This document shows, piece by piece, positions 27,457 to 36,900 of a DNA stretch of 64,000 bases. Numbering within the stretch: position 1 is the stretch's first letter; every line of letters begins with the position of its first letter. The stretch comes from Bacteroidaceae bacterium (lineage in GTDB: Bacteria > Bacteroidota > Bacteroidia > Bacteroidales > Bacteroidaceae). The notes below the pieces were generated by a model that saw only the letters and a list, made by a program, of their open reading frames with translations, was not told the origin of the DNA and did no database searches. The position numbers and the translations under genes are program-made. Where the stretch lies: positions 8,399 through 72,398 of the forward strand of contig JAZRYI010000103.1 in NCBI GenBank assembly GCA_045600665.1, in the 5' to 3' direction.

Positions 27457-28350
27457 ATGATTAAAGTAGATTTGAAAAACGAAGTGCTGGACTATGTGTT
27501 CATCACTTTGGGATTGCTGCTTTATGCTTTCGGTTGGACTGCATTCCTGCTTCCATACGAGATTTCCTCAGGAGGTCTGACTGGCGTATCAGCATTGATT
27601 TACTACGTGACAGGGTTAGAGATGCAAAACACTTACTTAGTGATGAACGCGCTTCTTCTCATTGCAGCCGTCAAGGTGCTCGGCATCAAGTTCTGCATCA
27701 AGACAATCTATGCAGTTCTAATGCTCACATTCTTCCTGTGGGCAATGCAGCGAATATTGCTCTCGGCAGCTGGCGAAGGAGTCACCAAGCTGCCTCGCTT
27801 CCTTGGCGAGGATCAAGACTTCATGGCGGTCATCATCGGAGCCTCGCTCTGCGGACTTGGACTTGCGCAGTGCTTCATCCATCAGGGGTCCACAGGCGGC
27901 GTTGACATCATCGCTGCTATGGTGAACAAATACAAGAACATAAGCCTTGGCCGCATACTCCTATACCTTGACATCATCATCGTCAGCTCATGCTATTTCG
28001 TCTTCCACGACTGGCGCCGCATCGTCTTCGGCTTCTCCGAGATGTTTGTGTGCAACATGGTGCTCGACTATGTGATGAACTACGTGCAGCAATCCGTTCA
28101 GTTCTTCATCATCACCAAAAATCCCGACGAGATTTGCAAAGGTATCATAGAAGAGATGGATCGCTCTGCCACTCTGCTTCCAGGCACAGGCGGCTACAGC
28201 GGACAGCCCGTCAGCGTGCTCATGGTTGTGGCAAAGAAGAATCAGTCAGTAGCTCTCTTCCGTCTCGTCAAGGCGATAGACCCAACTGCCTTTATATCAC
28301 AGACCAAGGCAACTGGCGTGTATGGCGAAGGATTTGATGCCCTGAAGTAA
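27457..28350 (+). CDS. YitT-family membrane protein (DUF2179 C-terminal domain)
   Basis: 297 aa; multiple TM helices; GG.TG.S.. motif. It is a paralogue of 55730-56986. Confidence 0.8.
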   Translation: MIKVDLKNEVLDYVFITLGLLLYAFGWTAFLLPYEISSGGLTGVSALIYYVTGLEMQNTYLVMNALLLIAAVKVLGIKFCIKTIYAVLMLTFFLWAMQRILLSAAGEGVTKLPRFLGEDQDFMAVIIGASLCGLGLAQCFIHQGSTGGVDIIAAMVNKYKNISLGRILLYLDIIIVSSCYFVFHDWRRIVFGFSEMFVCNMVLDYVMNYVQQSVQFFIITKNPDEICKGIIEEMDRSATLLPGTGGYSGQPVSVLMVVAKKNQSVALFRLVKAIDPTAFISQTKATGVYGEGFDALK

Positions 28351-28440
28351 TTTTCTGAAAAGATGAAAGTCACTATGTCATCATTTTGATGCTTGCAGAA
28401 GCATGAAAAGCCTGATGCCTGCTCTTTTTCTTCTTCTTTT

Positions 28441-28471
28441 TTTGTCAATTCAGAATATAGATGTAACTTTG
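28441..28471 (+). promoter_or_regulatory. Candidate promoter (-33 TTTG 28441-28444, -7 TAACTTTG 28464-28471) for rfbB
   Basis: Both boxes are exact with 19-nt spacing. Confidence 0.5.
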
Positions 28472-28499
28472 TGGCGAAATAAAAAAAGGAATAGTTATT

Positions 28500-29642
28500 A
28501 TGAGTTTCAAACGCAACATTGTCATTACTGGTGGCGCTGGCTTCATTGGCAGCCATGTGGTACGTCTCTTCGTGAATAAGTACCCGGAGTACAATATCAT
28601 CAACCTCGACAAGCTCACATACGCTGGCAACCTGGCTAACCTGAAGGATGTGGAGGATAAGCCTAACTATAAGTTCGTGAAGATGGACATCTGCGACTTC
28701 GATGCGTTCTACAAGCTGATGCAGGACGAGAAGATAGATGGAATCATCCATCTTGCTGCCGAGAGCCATGTGGATCGTTCCATCAAGGATCCATTCACTT
28801 TCGCACGTACAAATGTGATGGGCACTCTTTCGCTGCTGCAGGCGGCAAAACTCTACTGGGAGTCGCTCCCAGAGAAGTACGAAGGCAAGCGCTTCTACCA
28901 TATCTCAACCGATGAAGTGTATGGTGCTCTCGAAATGACAAATCCAGAAGGCATTGAGCCTCCTTTCACAACAACAGCGAGCTCTTCTGAGCGCCACTTG
29001 GCTTACGGCAAGGATTTCTTCTACGAGACTACTAAGTACAATCCACACTCTCCATACTCTGCTTCAAAGGCATCGTCTGACCACTTTGTCCGTGCGTTCC
29101 ACGACACTTACGGAATGCCAACCATCGTGACCAACTGCTCAAACAACTATGGCCCATTCCAGTTCCCAGAGAAGCTCATACCACTCTTCATCAACAATAT
29201 CCGCCACCGCAAGCCACTTCCTGTGTATGGCAAGGGTGAGAACGTGCGCGACTGGCTTTATGTGGTTGACCATGCTCGTGCCATCGACGTTATCTTCCAC
29301 AATGGCACAATAGCTGAAACTTACAACATTGGCGGCTTCAACGAATGGAAGAACATTGACATCATAAAGACTGTCATCAAGACTGTTGACCGCCTTCTTG
29401 GTCGTCCAGAGGATGCTGACCTCGACCTCATCACTTACGTAACCGACCGCCTCGGCCACGATGCCCGCTACGCCATCGACTCTACCAAGCTCCAGAAGGA
29501 GCTCGGCTGGGAACCATCCCTCCAGTTCGAGGAAGGTATCGAGAAGACAGTCAAGTGGTATCTCGAGAATGAGGCATGGATGGACAACATCACCAGCGGT
29601 GAGTACGAGAAGTACTACGAGTCGATGTACAAAGACAGATAA
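28500..29642 (+). CDS. rfbB: dTDP-glucose 4,6-dehydratase
   Basis: 380 aa; TGGAGFIGS; YSASKASSDH catalytic YxxxK; typical RfbB C-terminus. Confidence 0.93.
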   Translation: MSFKRNIVITGGAGFIGSHVVRLFVNKYPEYNIINLDKLTYAGNLANLKDVEDKPNYKFVKMDICDFDAFYKLMQDEKIDGIIHLAAESHVDRSIKDPFTFARTNVMGTLSLLQAAKLYWESLPEKYEGKRFYHISTDEVYGALEMTNPEGIEPPFTTTASSSERHLAYGKDFFYETTKYNPHSPYSASKASSDHFVRAFHDTYGMPTIVTNCSNNYGPFQFPEKLIPLFINNIRHRKPLPVYGKGENVRDWLYVVDHARAIDVIFHNGTIAETYNIGGFNEWKNIDIIKTVIKTVDRLLGRPEDADLDLITYVTDRLGHDARYAIDSTKLQKELGWEPSLQFEEGIEKTVKWYLENEAWMDNITSGEYEKYYESMYKDR

Positions 29643-29666
29643 TCCCTCTCTCACATATTCTTCTTG

Positions 29667-29707
29667 CAGTATGCCATGCGCTGTGTGCGTATGGCATACT
29701 GTATTTT
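29667..29707 (+). terminator. Rho-independent terminator after rfbB
   Basis: CAGTATGCCAT/ATGGCATACTG stem, extendable by 3 bp, then TATTTT. Confidence 0.65.
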
Positions 29708-29858
29708 AAGTAACTATATAGAGTTTAGATTATCAGCTTTCTCCAACTGTTTGCGGTAGATGTAAGAGGCATATAAATAATAGCTATACTTGCATCACCG
29801 GGGGTATTTTTTTACTAATTCGGTAAATTCCTGCACACTATGTGTGTGAAAATTTTCG

Positions 29859-29866
29859 TAATTTTG
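29859..29866 (+). promoter_or_regulatory. Orphan -7 box TAATTTTG with no downstream ORF
   Basis: Exact TAnnTTTG. It is followed by hairpin-rich non-coding sequence, not a gene. Confidence 0.35.
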
Positions 29867-30045
29867 CAGTCAACTTGAGATTCCCTCAACAAAGGCGGGT
29901 AATAACTCTTGTTATATAGAAGTACAAAAGATGTGCTCACAATCTTTTGTACTGCGTTCCGTAATCTGTTGCAAAGCTTTTTTCTCCGCAACAGAATGCG
30001 GAACGGATTAACAAACCAAAACTTATGGCTAATGAATCAAGGCTT

Positions 30046-30078
30046 TTGTCGCACGAGCCAAAAGCTTTGTCGCACGAG
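30046..30078. repeat. Direct repeat of the 12-mer TTGTCGCACGAG (30046-30057 and 30067-30078)
   Basis: Exact 12/12 match; the start-to-start spacing of 21 bp equals two helical turns. Confidence 0.85.
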
Positions 30079-30115
30079 GCAATGCTTTTGCCCCGTTTTC
30101 GTTGTGGGCATACAA

Positions 30116-30154
30116 AACAAGCGATGTAAATCGGGGGGATTTACATCGCTTGTT
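30116..30154 (-). terminator. Terminator hairpin after korB
   Basis: Perfect 15-bp stem CAAGCGATGTAAATC/GATTTACATCGCTTG (17 bp with flanking A-T pairs), G5 loop, followed by TTTTG on the minus strand. Confidence 0.7.
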
Positions 30155-30180
30155 GCTGTATGCTGTATGTTGGTAGGAGA

Positions 30181-31173
30181 TTATTTCACCTCCCAAATGT
30201 CGTTTGTCTCGAGGAGCTCAGCGAAGTTGTGATACTTCTTAGCAGCCTTTACTTCCTCAATCTGAGCCGAAACGCAATCGTCGTAAGTAGGAGCATCAAC
30301 GTCGCGAATAACGCCGAGAGCTACAGGCCACTCCAGCTCAGCAAGCTTGAGCTGGAGAGTGTTGTCCTCGCACTTAGCATCGTGTACGAGCACGTCTGCC
30401 TCTGTGTAGCCATCTTCACCAAGCTTAACAGCCTTCACGCCGAAGCCTTCCTGAACGATGCCGTATTCGTTGTTAGCACCGAAAAGCATCTTCTCGCCAT
30501 GCTTGAGGTAGATAGCGTTCTCTGCACGTCCTTCCTTGCTGTATACAGCATCGTGAGTGCCGTTGTTGAAGATGACGCAGTTCTGGAGAATCTCACACAC
30601 TGCAGCACCCTTGTGCTGGTAAGCTGCCTTCAGAATCTCTACTGTGCCAGGAGCATCAGTGGCAACGGCACGTGCGAAGAAGTGACCGCGAGCGCCGAAG
30701 CAGAGCTCTGCTGGACGGAATGGATCCTCTACTGTTCCGTAAGGAGAAGACTTGCTGACGAAGCCGCGTGGAGAAGTTGGTGAGTACTGACCCTTTGTGA
30801 GACCGTAGATGCGGTTGTTGAGGAGGATCATGTTGAGGTTTATGTTACGGCGGTTAGCGTGGATGAAGTGGTTGCCACCGATAGCAAGGCCGTCGCCATC
30901 GCCAGATACCTGCCATACAGTGAGGTCTGGGTTAGCAACCTTAGCTCCTGTAGCGATAGCTGCAGCACGACCGTGAATAGTGTTCATGCCGTAAGTTGCC
31001 ATATAGTGAGGAAGGCGCGATGAGCAACCGATACCAGAGATAACGGCTGTGTCCCAAGGGTTTACGCCAATCTCAGCCATTGCCTTATGGAGAGATGCGA
31101 GGAAGAAGTGGTCTCCACATCCAGGACACCAACGTGGCTGTCCTTTCTTAAAATCATTAGCAGTAAAGCTCAT
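30181..31173 (-). CDS. korB: 2-oxoglutarate/2-oxoacid:ferredoxin oxidoreductase beta subunit (TPP-binding)
   Basis: 330 aa; WCPGCGDH start; GDGD..AIGGNH TPP motif. Confidence 0.85.
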   Translation of the reverse strand: MSFTANDFKKGQPRWCPGCGDHFFLASLHKAMAEIGVNPWDTAVISGIGCSSRLPHYMATYGMNTIHGRAAAIATGAKVANPDLTVWQVSGDGDGLAIGGNHFIHANRRNINLNMILLNNRIYGLTKGQYSPTSPRGFVSKSSPYGTVEDPFRPAELCFGARGHFFARAVATDAPGTVEILKAAYQHKGAAVCEILQNCVIFNNGTHDAVYSKEGRAENAIYLKHGEKMLFGANNEYGIVQEGFGVKAVKLGEDGYTEADVLVHDAKCEDNTLQLKLAELEWPVALGVIRDVDAPTYDDCVSAQIEEVKAAKKYHNFAELLETNDIWEVK

Positions 31174-31192
31174 ATTTTAGTGTCCTTTCTTT

Positions 31193-33040
31193 TTACTTGT
31201 TAATAATAGCGTTGAATGCCTCAATGAGTTCAGCAACTACGAATGGCTGACCCTTCACCTCGTTGTACTGTTCAGGGCAGAATCCGTCAACCTTCATGCG
31301 GAGCCAGCCTGCAAGCTGACCCATGTTCTGTTCTGCAACAACCACCTTTGGATACTTCTTGAGCACCTCAGCAGCATTCTTTGGCAGAGGGTTGATGAAC
31401 TTGAACTGTGCCATAGCAACCTTCTTGCCAGCAGCTCGCATCTCGTCCATTGCTGCGTGGAGATGACCGTATGTGCCACCGAAACCAACAATGAGGAGTT
31501 CTGCGTCATCTGCATCGCCAAGTACCTCAAGATCTGGCACTGGAATAGCGTCGATCTTAGCTTGACGCTTACGAGTCATGAGGTCGTGGTTCTCTGGGTT
31601 AGTAGAGATAGCGCCAGTCTTGTCGTCCTTCTCAAGACCACCGAGGATGTGCTCGAAGCCCTGACGACCAGGCACTGCCCAGTAGCGAGTGCCATTCTCA
31701 GCACGCATGTATGGAGTCCATGTACCCTTCATGTCCTCAGGAACGTATGGAGGGTTGATAGCTGGATAATCAGCAAGGTTAGGAAGCTTGAATGCACCCG
31801 AACCGTTAGCAATGTAAGCGTCTGTCATGAGGATGACTGGAGTCATGTGTTCGAGAGCCATCTTTGAAGCTGCGTATGCTGCCTCGAAGCAGTCAGTTGG
31901 GCTTGTAGCAGCAATAACAGGCATTGGGCTTTCACCATTTCTGCCGAAGAGAGCCTGAAGGAGGTCTGTCTGTTCAGACTTAGTTGGAAGACCTGTAGCT
32001 GGACCGCCGCGCTGAACGTCGAGCACTACGAGTGGGAGCTCCATGATAACAGCAAGGTTCATAGCCTCGCTCTTCAAGCAGATGCCAGGGCCTGAAGTAG
32101 AAGTGACAGCGAGAGCACCTGCGAATGAAGCACCTACAGAAGATGCGCAACCAGCAATCTCATCCTCGCACTGAACTGTTGTCACGCCAAGGCTCTTATG
32201 CTTTGAGAGCTCATGGAGCACGTCAGTGGCAGGAGTGATAGGGTAAGAACCGAGGTAGAGCTTCAAGCCAGCCTTCTCTGCTGCTGCGATGAAGCCGTAG
32301 GCAGTAGCCTTGTTGCCTGTGATGTCCATGTATCGTCCTGGCACCTTGTTCTTAGTCTCAATTCTATATACGTTGGCAACACTTGAGTGAGTGTTGTGTC
32401 CATAGTCATAGCCAGCCTGGATAACCTTGATGTTAGCTTCAGCTACGCCAGCCTTCTTTGCAAACTTCTCCTTGAGGAAGTTGAATGCGATGCTGAGGTC
32501 GCGGTCGAAGAGCCAGCACACGAGGCCAAGAGCGAACATATTGCGGCACTTGAGCATTGCCTTTGGATCCATGCCTGTGTCTGCAAGGCAGTCCTTCACC
32601 ATCTGAGTGATAGGGCAAGCGATGACGCGGTCTGGGTCGATGCCCATCTCGCCAAGGTAATCCTCTGTTTGGAAAGCAGCCTTCTTGAGGTCGGCAGCCT
32701 TGAATGAGTCTGTATCGATAATGATGGCAGCGCCTGGCTTAGCATACTTGTATTGAGTCTTGAGTGCTGCAGCATTCATTGCCACAAGCACGTCGCACTT
32801 GTCGCCAGGAGTGTAAACCTGCTCAGCGCCGATATGAACCTGGAAACCAGACACGCCAGTAAGCGAACCCTGTGGGGCACGGATATCAGCTGGATAGTCA
32901 GGGAAAGTACTGATACTGTTGCCTACAGTGGCTGACACTGTAGAGAAGATGTTTCCGGCAAGCTGCATACCGTCGCCAGAGTCACCTGAAAAGCGAACCG
33001 CCACGTCGGCGAGTTCCTTTACTTCCAATTCTTCTGCCAT
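31193..33040 (-). CDS. korA: 2-oxoglutarate/2-oxoacid:ferredoxin oxidoreductase alpha subunit
   Basis: 615 aa; fused gamma-alpha architecture; lies immediately upstream of korB. Confidence 0.85.
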   Translation of the reverse strand: MAEELEVKELADVAVRFSGDSGDGMQLAGNIFSTVSATVGNSISTFPDYPADIRAPQGSLTGVSGFQVHIGAEQVYTPGDKCDVLVAMNAAALKTQYKYAKPGAAIIIDTDSFKAADLKKAAFQTEDYLGEMGIDPDRVIACPITQMVKDCLADTGMDPKAMLKCRNMFALGLVCWLFDRDLSIAFNFLKEKFAKKAGVAEANIKVIQAGYDYGHNTHSSVANVYRIETKNKVPGRYMDITGNKATAYGFIAAAEKAGLKLYLGSYPITPATDVLHELSKHKSLGVTTVQCEDEIAGCASSVGASFAGALAVTSTSGPGICLKSEAMNLAVIMELPLVVLDVQRGGPATGLPTKSEQTDLLQALFGRNGESPMPVIAATSPTDCFEAAYAASKMALEHMTPVILMTDAYIANGSGAFKLPNLADYPAINPPYVPEDMKGTWTPYMRAENGTRYWAVPGRQGFEHILGGLEKDDKTGAISTNPENHDLMTRKRQAKIDAIPVPDLEVLGDADDAELLIVGFGGTYGHLHAAMDEMRAAGKKVAMAQFKFINPLPKNAAEVLKKYPKVVVAEQNMGQLAGWLRMKVDGFCPEQYNEVKGQPFVVAELIEAFNAIINK

Positions 33041-33088
33041 AAGCTTATAATTCGTTTATTGTTATATCATTTCTCACATTTATGACTG

Positions 33089-33120
33089 CAAAGTTAGCAA
33101 CATTTTGTCAAACTGACAAA
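33089..33120 (-). promoter_or_regulatory. Candidate promoter for korAB (-7 TAACTTTG 33089-33096, -33 TTTG 33117-33120, minus strand)
   Basis: Both boxes are exact with 20-nt spacing; 49 nt upstream of ATG 33040. Confidence 0.5.
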
Positions 33121-33289
33121 AGAAAAGCGATAAAAACAACATTTTGTCTATCAAAAAAGGGCATTATACAAAAATATGTCAACAAACACGCTACTGCAGA
33201 TAACGAATATAAAAATGCAACAATAATTCTTTTTCATAGCACAATCGTACTTTTCCGTATTTTTTCTTCGTTACTATCTTTAATTTTCC

Positions 33290-33297
33290 TATCTTTG
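33290..33297 (+). promoter_or_regulatory. Candidate -7 box TATCTTTG for the GH127 gene
   Basis: Exact TAnnTTTG 38 nt before the ATG. Confidence 0.4.
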
Positions 33298-33334
33298 CAA
33301 AGAAATAAATCAATCACACATATTAAAACCTATA

Positions 33335-35773
33335 TTGATGAAAAAACTATTTGCATTAGCAATGGCGGCAGCAATGACTGTCGGCGCGGTAGCCCAGGAC
33401 AAGAATGGTGGCTACCCAATCACTCAGGTGCCTTTCACGAAAGTGAAGGTTGCGCAGAACACTTTCTGGGGACAGCGTCTTCAGGCAAGTCAGGACGTGA
33501 CTATTCCTCTCGCATTCTCTAAGTGCGAAGAGACAGGTCGCTACACCAACTTCAGCAACGCTGCTGAGCATCTTAAGGATCCAAGCAAGGTGTTCACTAT
33601 CGACCCAAGCACGTACTCATTCGACGATACCGACCCTTACAAGACAATAGAGGGTGCAAGCTATTTGCTCCAGACTTACCCTAATGCAAAGTTCAAGGGT
33701 GGTCGTCTCGACCGATATGTTGACAGCGTAGTGGCAGTCATCGCCTCAGGTCAGGAGCCAGACGGCTATCTCTACACTTCACGCACTCAGAATCCTCAGC
33801 ACCCACACCAGTGGGCTGGTCCTACTCGCTGGAGCAAGGTGGAAGACCTCTCTCACGAGTTCTACAACCTCGGTCACCTCTGTGAGGCTGCCGTGGCACA
33901 CTATGTAGCCACAGGCAAGAAGAACTTCCTCAACGTGGCAATCAAATACGCTGACTGCGTTTGCCGTGAGGTGGGCAAGAAGCCAGGTCAGGCATGCGTA
34001 GTGCCAGGTCACCAGATTGCTGAGATGGGATTGGCAAAACTCTACATCGCTACTGGCGACAAGAAGTATCTGGAGCAGGCTAAGTTCTTCCTTGAAGAGC
34101 GTGGAAAGACAACCATTAAGACTGACTACTCGCAGAGCCACAAGCCTGTTCTCGACCAGGATGAGGCTGTTGGTCACGCTGTTCGTGCAGGCTATATGTA
34201 CGCAGGTATGGCTGACGTAGCAGCTCTCACAGGCGACAAGGAATACATCGATGCTATCGACCGCATCTGGGAGAACATCGTAGGCAAGAAGTACTACATC
34301 ACTGGTGGTGTGGGCGCTACTGCAAGCGGTGAAGCATTCGGCAAGAACTATGAGCTTCCTAACATGTCTGCTTACTGCGAGACTTGCGCTGCCATCGCAC
34401 AGGTTTATCTCAACTATCGCCTCTTCCTCCTTCACGGAGAATCAAAGTACTATGATGCCCTCGAGCGTTCACTCTACAACGGCGTCATCTCAGGCATCTC
34501 AATCGACGGTGGCAAGTTCTTCTATCCTAATCCACTTCAGTCGATGGGTCAGCACTCACGCTCTGAGTGGTTCGGTTGCGCATGCTGTCCTTCGAATGCA
34601 GCTCGCTTCATCCCTTCTCTCCCTCAGTATATCTATGCAGTGAAGGATAATAGCTTGTACATCAATCTCTTCAACAGCAACACAGTGAACGTGAAGGTCG
34701 GAAGCAAGAACGTACAGCTTGAACAGATTACAAACTATCCTTGGGATGGCGACGTGACAATGAAGATCAACAACGGTGCTGGCAAGTATGCTCTCAACAT
34801 CCGCATCCCAGGTTGGGTGAAGGGTGAAGTGGTGCCAAGCAACCTATACTACTATGCAGATGGCAAGCATCTTGGCTATTCAGTAAGGGTCAATGGTCAA
34901 GAAGTAAAGAGCGAACTGAAGCAGGGCTACTTTGTCATCGACCGCAACTGGAAGAAAGGTGACAAAGTTGAAGTACACTTCGACATGGAGCCTCGCGTGG
35001 TGCGCGCTCATGGCAACGTAGCAGCCGACAAGGGTCAGGTGAGCGTGGAGCGTGGTCCTATCGTCTATTGCGGTGAATGGCCAGACAATACTTGCAACGT
35101 GCTCAGCGTGCTCATGAACCAGGAGCCAAAGTTCGCACTTGGCAAGAAAGACATCATGAACACTACCGTACAGACTCTCACTACGGATGCTCAAACACTC
35201 AAGTTCGAGGAGAACGGCAAGCTATCAGCACAAGACGAGCGTCTCGTGCTCATCCCATACTACGCTTGGGCTCACCGTGGCAATGGCAACATGACCGTAT
35301 GGTTCCCTATCGATCTCAACGCTACAAAGCCAGCTCTTCCTCCTACACTTGCTTCACAGGCAAAGGTGTCAGCATCGCAGAAGCGTCTGCCTTCCATCTC
35401 AGCAATCAATGACCGCCTCGTTCCTGCAGGTGGCGACGACCGCAGCATCCCATATACTCACTGGTGGCCAAAGACAAACTCAACAGAGTGGCTTGCCTAC
35501 GAGTTTAAGGAGGCAGCAACAGTAAGCTCTGCCACAGTCTATTGGTACGATGACCAGCCTTGGCAAGGCTGCAAGGTTCCTGATTCGTGGAAGATGTACT
35601 TCAAGAACGATGCCGGCGAATGGGAAGAGGTGAAGAACGCATCTGGCTACCCTACAGACAAAGGCGTTGCTTGCACTGTATCTTTCGACCCAGTTAAGAC
35701 TACAGCTGTGAAGCTTGAACTCGTACAGCCAAAGGATAAGTCTTGCGGCGTTTATGAGTGGAGCGTTAAGTAA
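33335..35773 (+). CDS. GH127-like beta-L-arabinofuranosidase (DUF1680) with a C-terminal discoidin-like domain
   Basis: 812 aa; signal peptide; (alpha/alpha)6-type core with the CETCA and CACCPSN Cys motifs recalled for GH127. Confidence 0.75.
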   Translation: MMKKLFALAMAAAMTVGAVAQDKNGGYPITQVPFTKVKVAQNTFWGQRLQASQDVTIPLAFSKCEETGRYTNFSNAAEHLKDPSKVFTIDPSTYSFDDTDPYKTIEGASYLLQTYPNAKFKGGRLDRYVDSVVAVIASGQEPDGYLYTSRTQNPQHPHQWAGPTRWSKVEDLSHEFYNLGHLCEAAVAHYVATGKKNFLNVAIKYADCVCREVGKKPGQACVVPGHQIAEMGLAKLYIATGDKKYLEQAKFFLEERGKTTIKTDYSQSHKPVLDQDEAVGHAVRAGYMYAGMADVAALTGDKEYIDAIDRIWENIVGKKYYITGGVGATASGEAFGKNYELPNMSAYCETCAAIAQVYLNYRLFLLHGESKYYDALERSLYNGVISGISIDGGKFFYPNPLQSMGQHSRSEWFGCACCPSNAARFIPSLPQYIYAVKDNSLYINLFNSNTVNVKVGSKNVQLEQITNYPWDGDVTMKINNGAGKYALNIRIPGWVKGEVVPSNLYYYADGKHLGYSVRVNGQEVKSELKQGYFVIDRNWKKGDKVEVHFDMEPRVVRAHGNVAADKGQVSVERGPIVYCGEWPDNTCNVLSVLMNQEPKFALGKKDIMNTTVQTLTTDAQTLKFEENGKLSAQDERLVLIPYYAWAHRGNGNMTVWFPIDLNATKPALPPTLASQAKVSASQKRLPSISAINDRLVPAGGDDRSIPYTHWWPKTNSTEWLAYEFKEAATVSSATVYWYDDQPWQGCKVPDSWKMYFKNDAGEWEEVKNASGYPTDKGVACTVSFDPVKTTAVKLELVQPKDKSCGVYEWSVK

Positions 35774-36900
35774 ATCCCCTTTGCCACTGCCCATGCAGTG
35801 GTCCAAGCTGCTTGAAAATTGAATCCACCTGTTATGCCGTCAATGTCAAGCACTTCGCCGGCATAGTATAAATGAGGCGTGAGTTTTGATTCCAGTGTGT
35901 TTTTGTCCACCGAATCAAGGCTCACGCCTCCGCATGTAACAAACTCGTCCTTGTAGTGGCAACGGCTTGCTATGGTGTATGTGTCGTTTGACAATAGATC
36001 CGTCAAGCGATTCACGCCTTTCTTGCCCAATTCGGAACAGCGTTTGCCCTTCAAGCTTGCCTTTGCGAGCAGGTAATCCCACAGGCGAGCTGGCAAGCCG
36101 AATGTACGAACGTTGTCTATCTGTTTCTGAGGATTGCCTTCTATTATATTAATAATGTGTGAGCGCACCTCTTCCGTATTTGTTTCGCCTGTCCAGTTCA
36201 CGAGCAGAGGCGACTGATAGTTGTTTTCAGCCAGATAGCGAGCAGCATAGCTGGACAGCTTCAGTATCGCTGGCCCGCTCATTCCCCAATGCGTGATGAG
36301 CAACGGACCTTGAGCACGCATCTTCGTGCCAGGAATGCTTGCTATGGCTCCTTCCACCACTGTTCCCATAAGGCTCTTCAAGGCAGCATCGTTGATGTTG
36401 AATGTGAACAGCGAAGGTACGCAGCCCTCCTTGGATGGAGTGCCACCTACTGTAACAGCCACATAATCATACTCTCTAAGCAAGTCCTCAGGCTTGTCCA
36501 CCTTGCATCCCAATTGCAAGTGCACTCCCTTCCTCCTTGCCTCATTCACCAAGCAATCAATGATGGCATGACTATCCTGTGCCTTAGGAAACACGCACTG
36601 ATCCTCCTGCACCACAAGTGGCACGCCGTGATCCTCAAACCATTTGTATGCATCCTTCGGACCAAACTGTTTAAAAAGACGCTTAAGCAGACTTGCCCCG
36701 CGAGGGTAAGCCTGCTTAAGATCAGTTATTTCTGCAAATGTGTTGGTGCAGTTGCATCTACCGCCTCCCGATATCTCTACCTTTGCCAGCACTTTATGCT
36801 GCTTCTCAAAGATAGTCACATCTAACTCCGGCACCATCTCCTTGACATTCACAGCCAAGAAGAAGCCTGCTGCTCCACCGCCAACAATTGCAAGTCTCAT
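35752..36900 (-). CDS. HI0933/BaiN-like NAD(P)/FAD-dependent oxidoreductase
   Basis: 382 aa; IVGGGAAG dinucleotide motif; SGGGRCNCTN signature. Confidence 0.8.
   Translation of the reverse strand: MRLAIVGGGAAGFFLAVNVKEMVPELDVTIFEKQHKVLAKVEISGGGRCNCTNTFAEITDLKQAYPRGASLLKRLFKQFGPKDAYKWFEDHGVPLVVQEDQCVFPKAQDSHAIIDCLVNEARRKGVHLQLGCKVDKPEDLLREYDYVAVTVGGTPSKEGCVPSLFTFNINDAALKSLMGTVVEGAIASIPGTKMRAQGPLLITHWGMSGPAILKLSSYAARYLAENNYQSPLLVNWTGETNTEEVRSHIINIIEGNPQKQIDNVRTFGLPARLWDYLLAKASLKGKRCSELGKKGVNRLTDLLSNDTYTIASRCHYKDEFVTCGGVSLDSVDKNTLESKLTPHLYYAGEVLDIDGITGGFNFQAAWTTAWAVAKGIYLTLHS

Noticed and set aside
30046-30078. A direct repeat that could hint at a CRISPR or iteron array.
   Set aside because: There are only two 12-nt copies, no spacer-repeat periodicity and no cas genes in the window. 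It is not a CRISPR array.
29909-30232. A 107-aa ORF in the rfbB/korB spacer.
   Set aside because: It has a Cys/Arg-rich nonsense composition, is built from the hairpin repeats, and runs antisense into korB. The region is treated as non-coding (see finding).
33082-33522. A 146-aa ORF upstream of, and overlapping, the GH127 start.
   Set aside because: It covers the AT-rich promoter region and then runs out of frame into the GH127 signal peptide. It has no motifs.
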